NCBI RefSeq assembly: GCF_006345805.1
Contig: NC_042997.1
Span: 97,960,001 to 98,024,000, forward strand
Source of the DNA: Octopus sinensis
Taxonomy: Eukaryota
Direction: 5' to 3'
Length of the DNA: 64,000 nucleotides
The notes under the pieces were generated by a model, which was not told the DNA's origin, did no database searches, and saw nothing but the letters and a program-made list of their open reading frames with translations. The position numbers were made by a program, and so were the translations under genes. The stretch's first letter is position 1. Each line of letters begins with the position of its first letter. Shown here one piece after another: positions 63,401 through 64,000 of this stretch.

Positions 63401-63885
63401 AATTCATAATTAAGGGCAAACGAAAAAATTTCTAATGCCAGATATGCCGAAAAGTTGGACATATTGTCGATTAACCATATAATTTTTTCACAATATGCAC
63501 GCTACTCGAAAAAAGGTCGACAGAAATTTCTAAAACATTCCATTATTACCATATCGGACCGATTTCAGGGTTAGCTTATAACAGTCCTCCCTTCGTCAGT
63601 GATACATGTGGCAAAAGAAATAAATGAGATACTTACTCATACCCATGGAAGAAGCGAACACTAAGTCATGAGCACAATTAAGTACCCCAAATACATCCAA
63701 AATAGAAATACTCCAGCCCATTCGAGACACGTGCGATTTGAACTGGAATGTTTTAGAAATTTCTGTCGACCTATTTTCGAGTAGCGTGCATATTGTGAAA
63801 AAATTATATGGTTAATGGACAATATGTCCAATTTTTCGGCATATCTGGCATTAGAAATTTTTTCGTTTGCCCTTAATTATGAATT
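63401..63885. mobile_element. young foldback element with 142-bp inverted arms
   Basis: arms 63401-63542 and 63744-63885 differ at 3 positions; 201-bp spacer; (TA)n follows directly on the right and lies about 110 bp away on the left. Confidence 0.9.
63547..63604 (-). ncRNA. intact minimal type I hammerhead ribozyme motif
   Basis: UAUCA CUGACGA AGGG-(18 nt)-CCCU GAAA UCGG U CCGA UA UGGUA: full core; helix I 5 bp, helix II 4 bp, palindromic helix III; AUA cleavage triplet. Confidence 0.75.
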
Positions 63886-63886
63886 A

Positions 63887-63931
<45 letters not shown>

Positions 63932-64000
63932 ATATATCATGATAAATCTCAGAGCGAGTTTTTCCAGTGTCGATATGACATGTATATATATATATATATA

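Overview
AT-rich eukaryotic genomic DNA dominated by microsatellites and transposon fossils. The tRNA-derived SINE families look like those of octopus genomes (recognition from memory, not a database result). I find no intact host protein-coding gene. Most ORF-track entries are translations of (TA)n, (CA)n, (TATG)n, (AG)n and (AAT)n runs. Supported content: many copies of three to four SINE families (working labels S1, S2, S3); three Tc1/mariner elements with TIRs and TA target sites (one DD37D maT-type); one Tx1/L1-like LINE 3' fragment; seven R4/Dong-like RLE-domain LINE fragments; four Penelope-like (GIY-YIG) fragments; several foldback/MITE-like elements. The most interesting signal is a set of short elements, mostly embedded in or next to (TA)n runs and some with long inverted arms, that carry minimal type I hammerhead-ribozyme (HHR) motifs with palindromic helix III. 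One is fully intact (63547-63604, minus strand, inside a 142-bp-arm foldback) and one nearly intact (45183-45234). These co-occur with Penelope endonuclease remnants. Weaker leads are a decayed C2H2 zinc-finger-like ORF and a few minus-strand segments bounded by strong splice signals.
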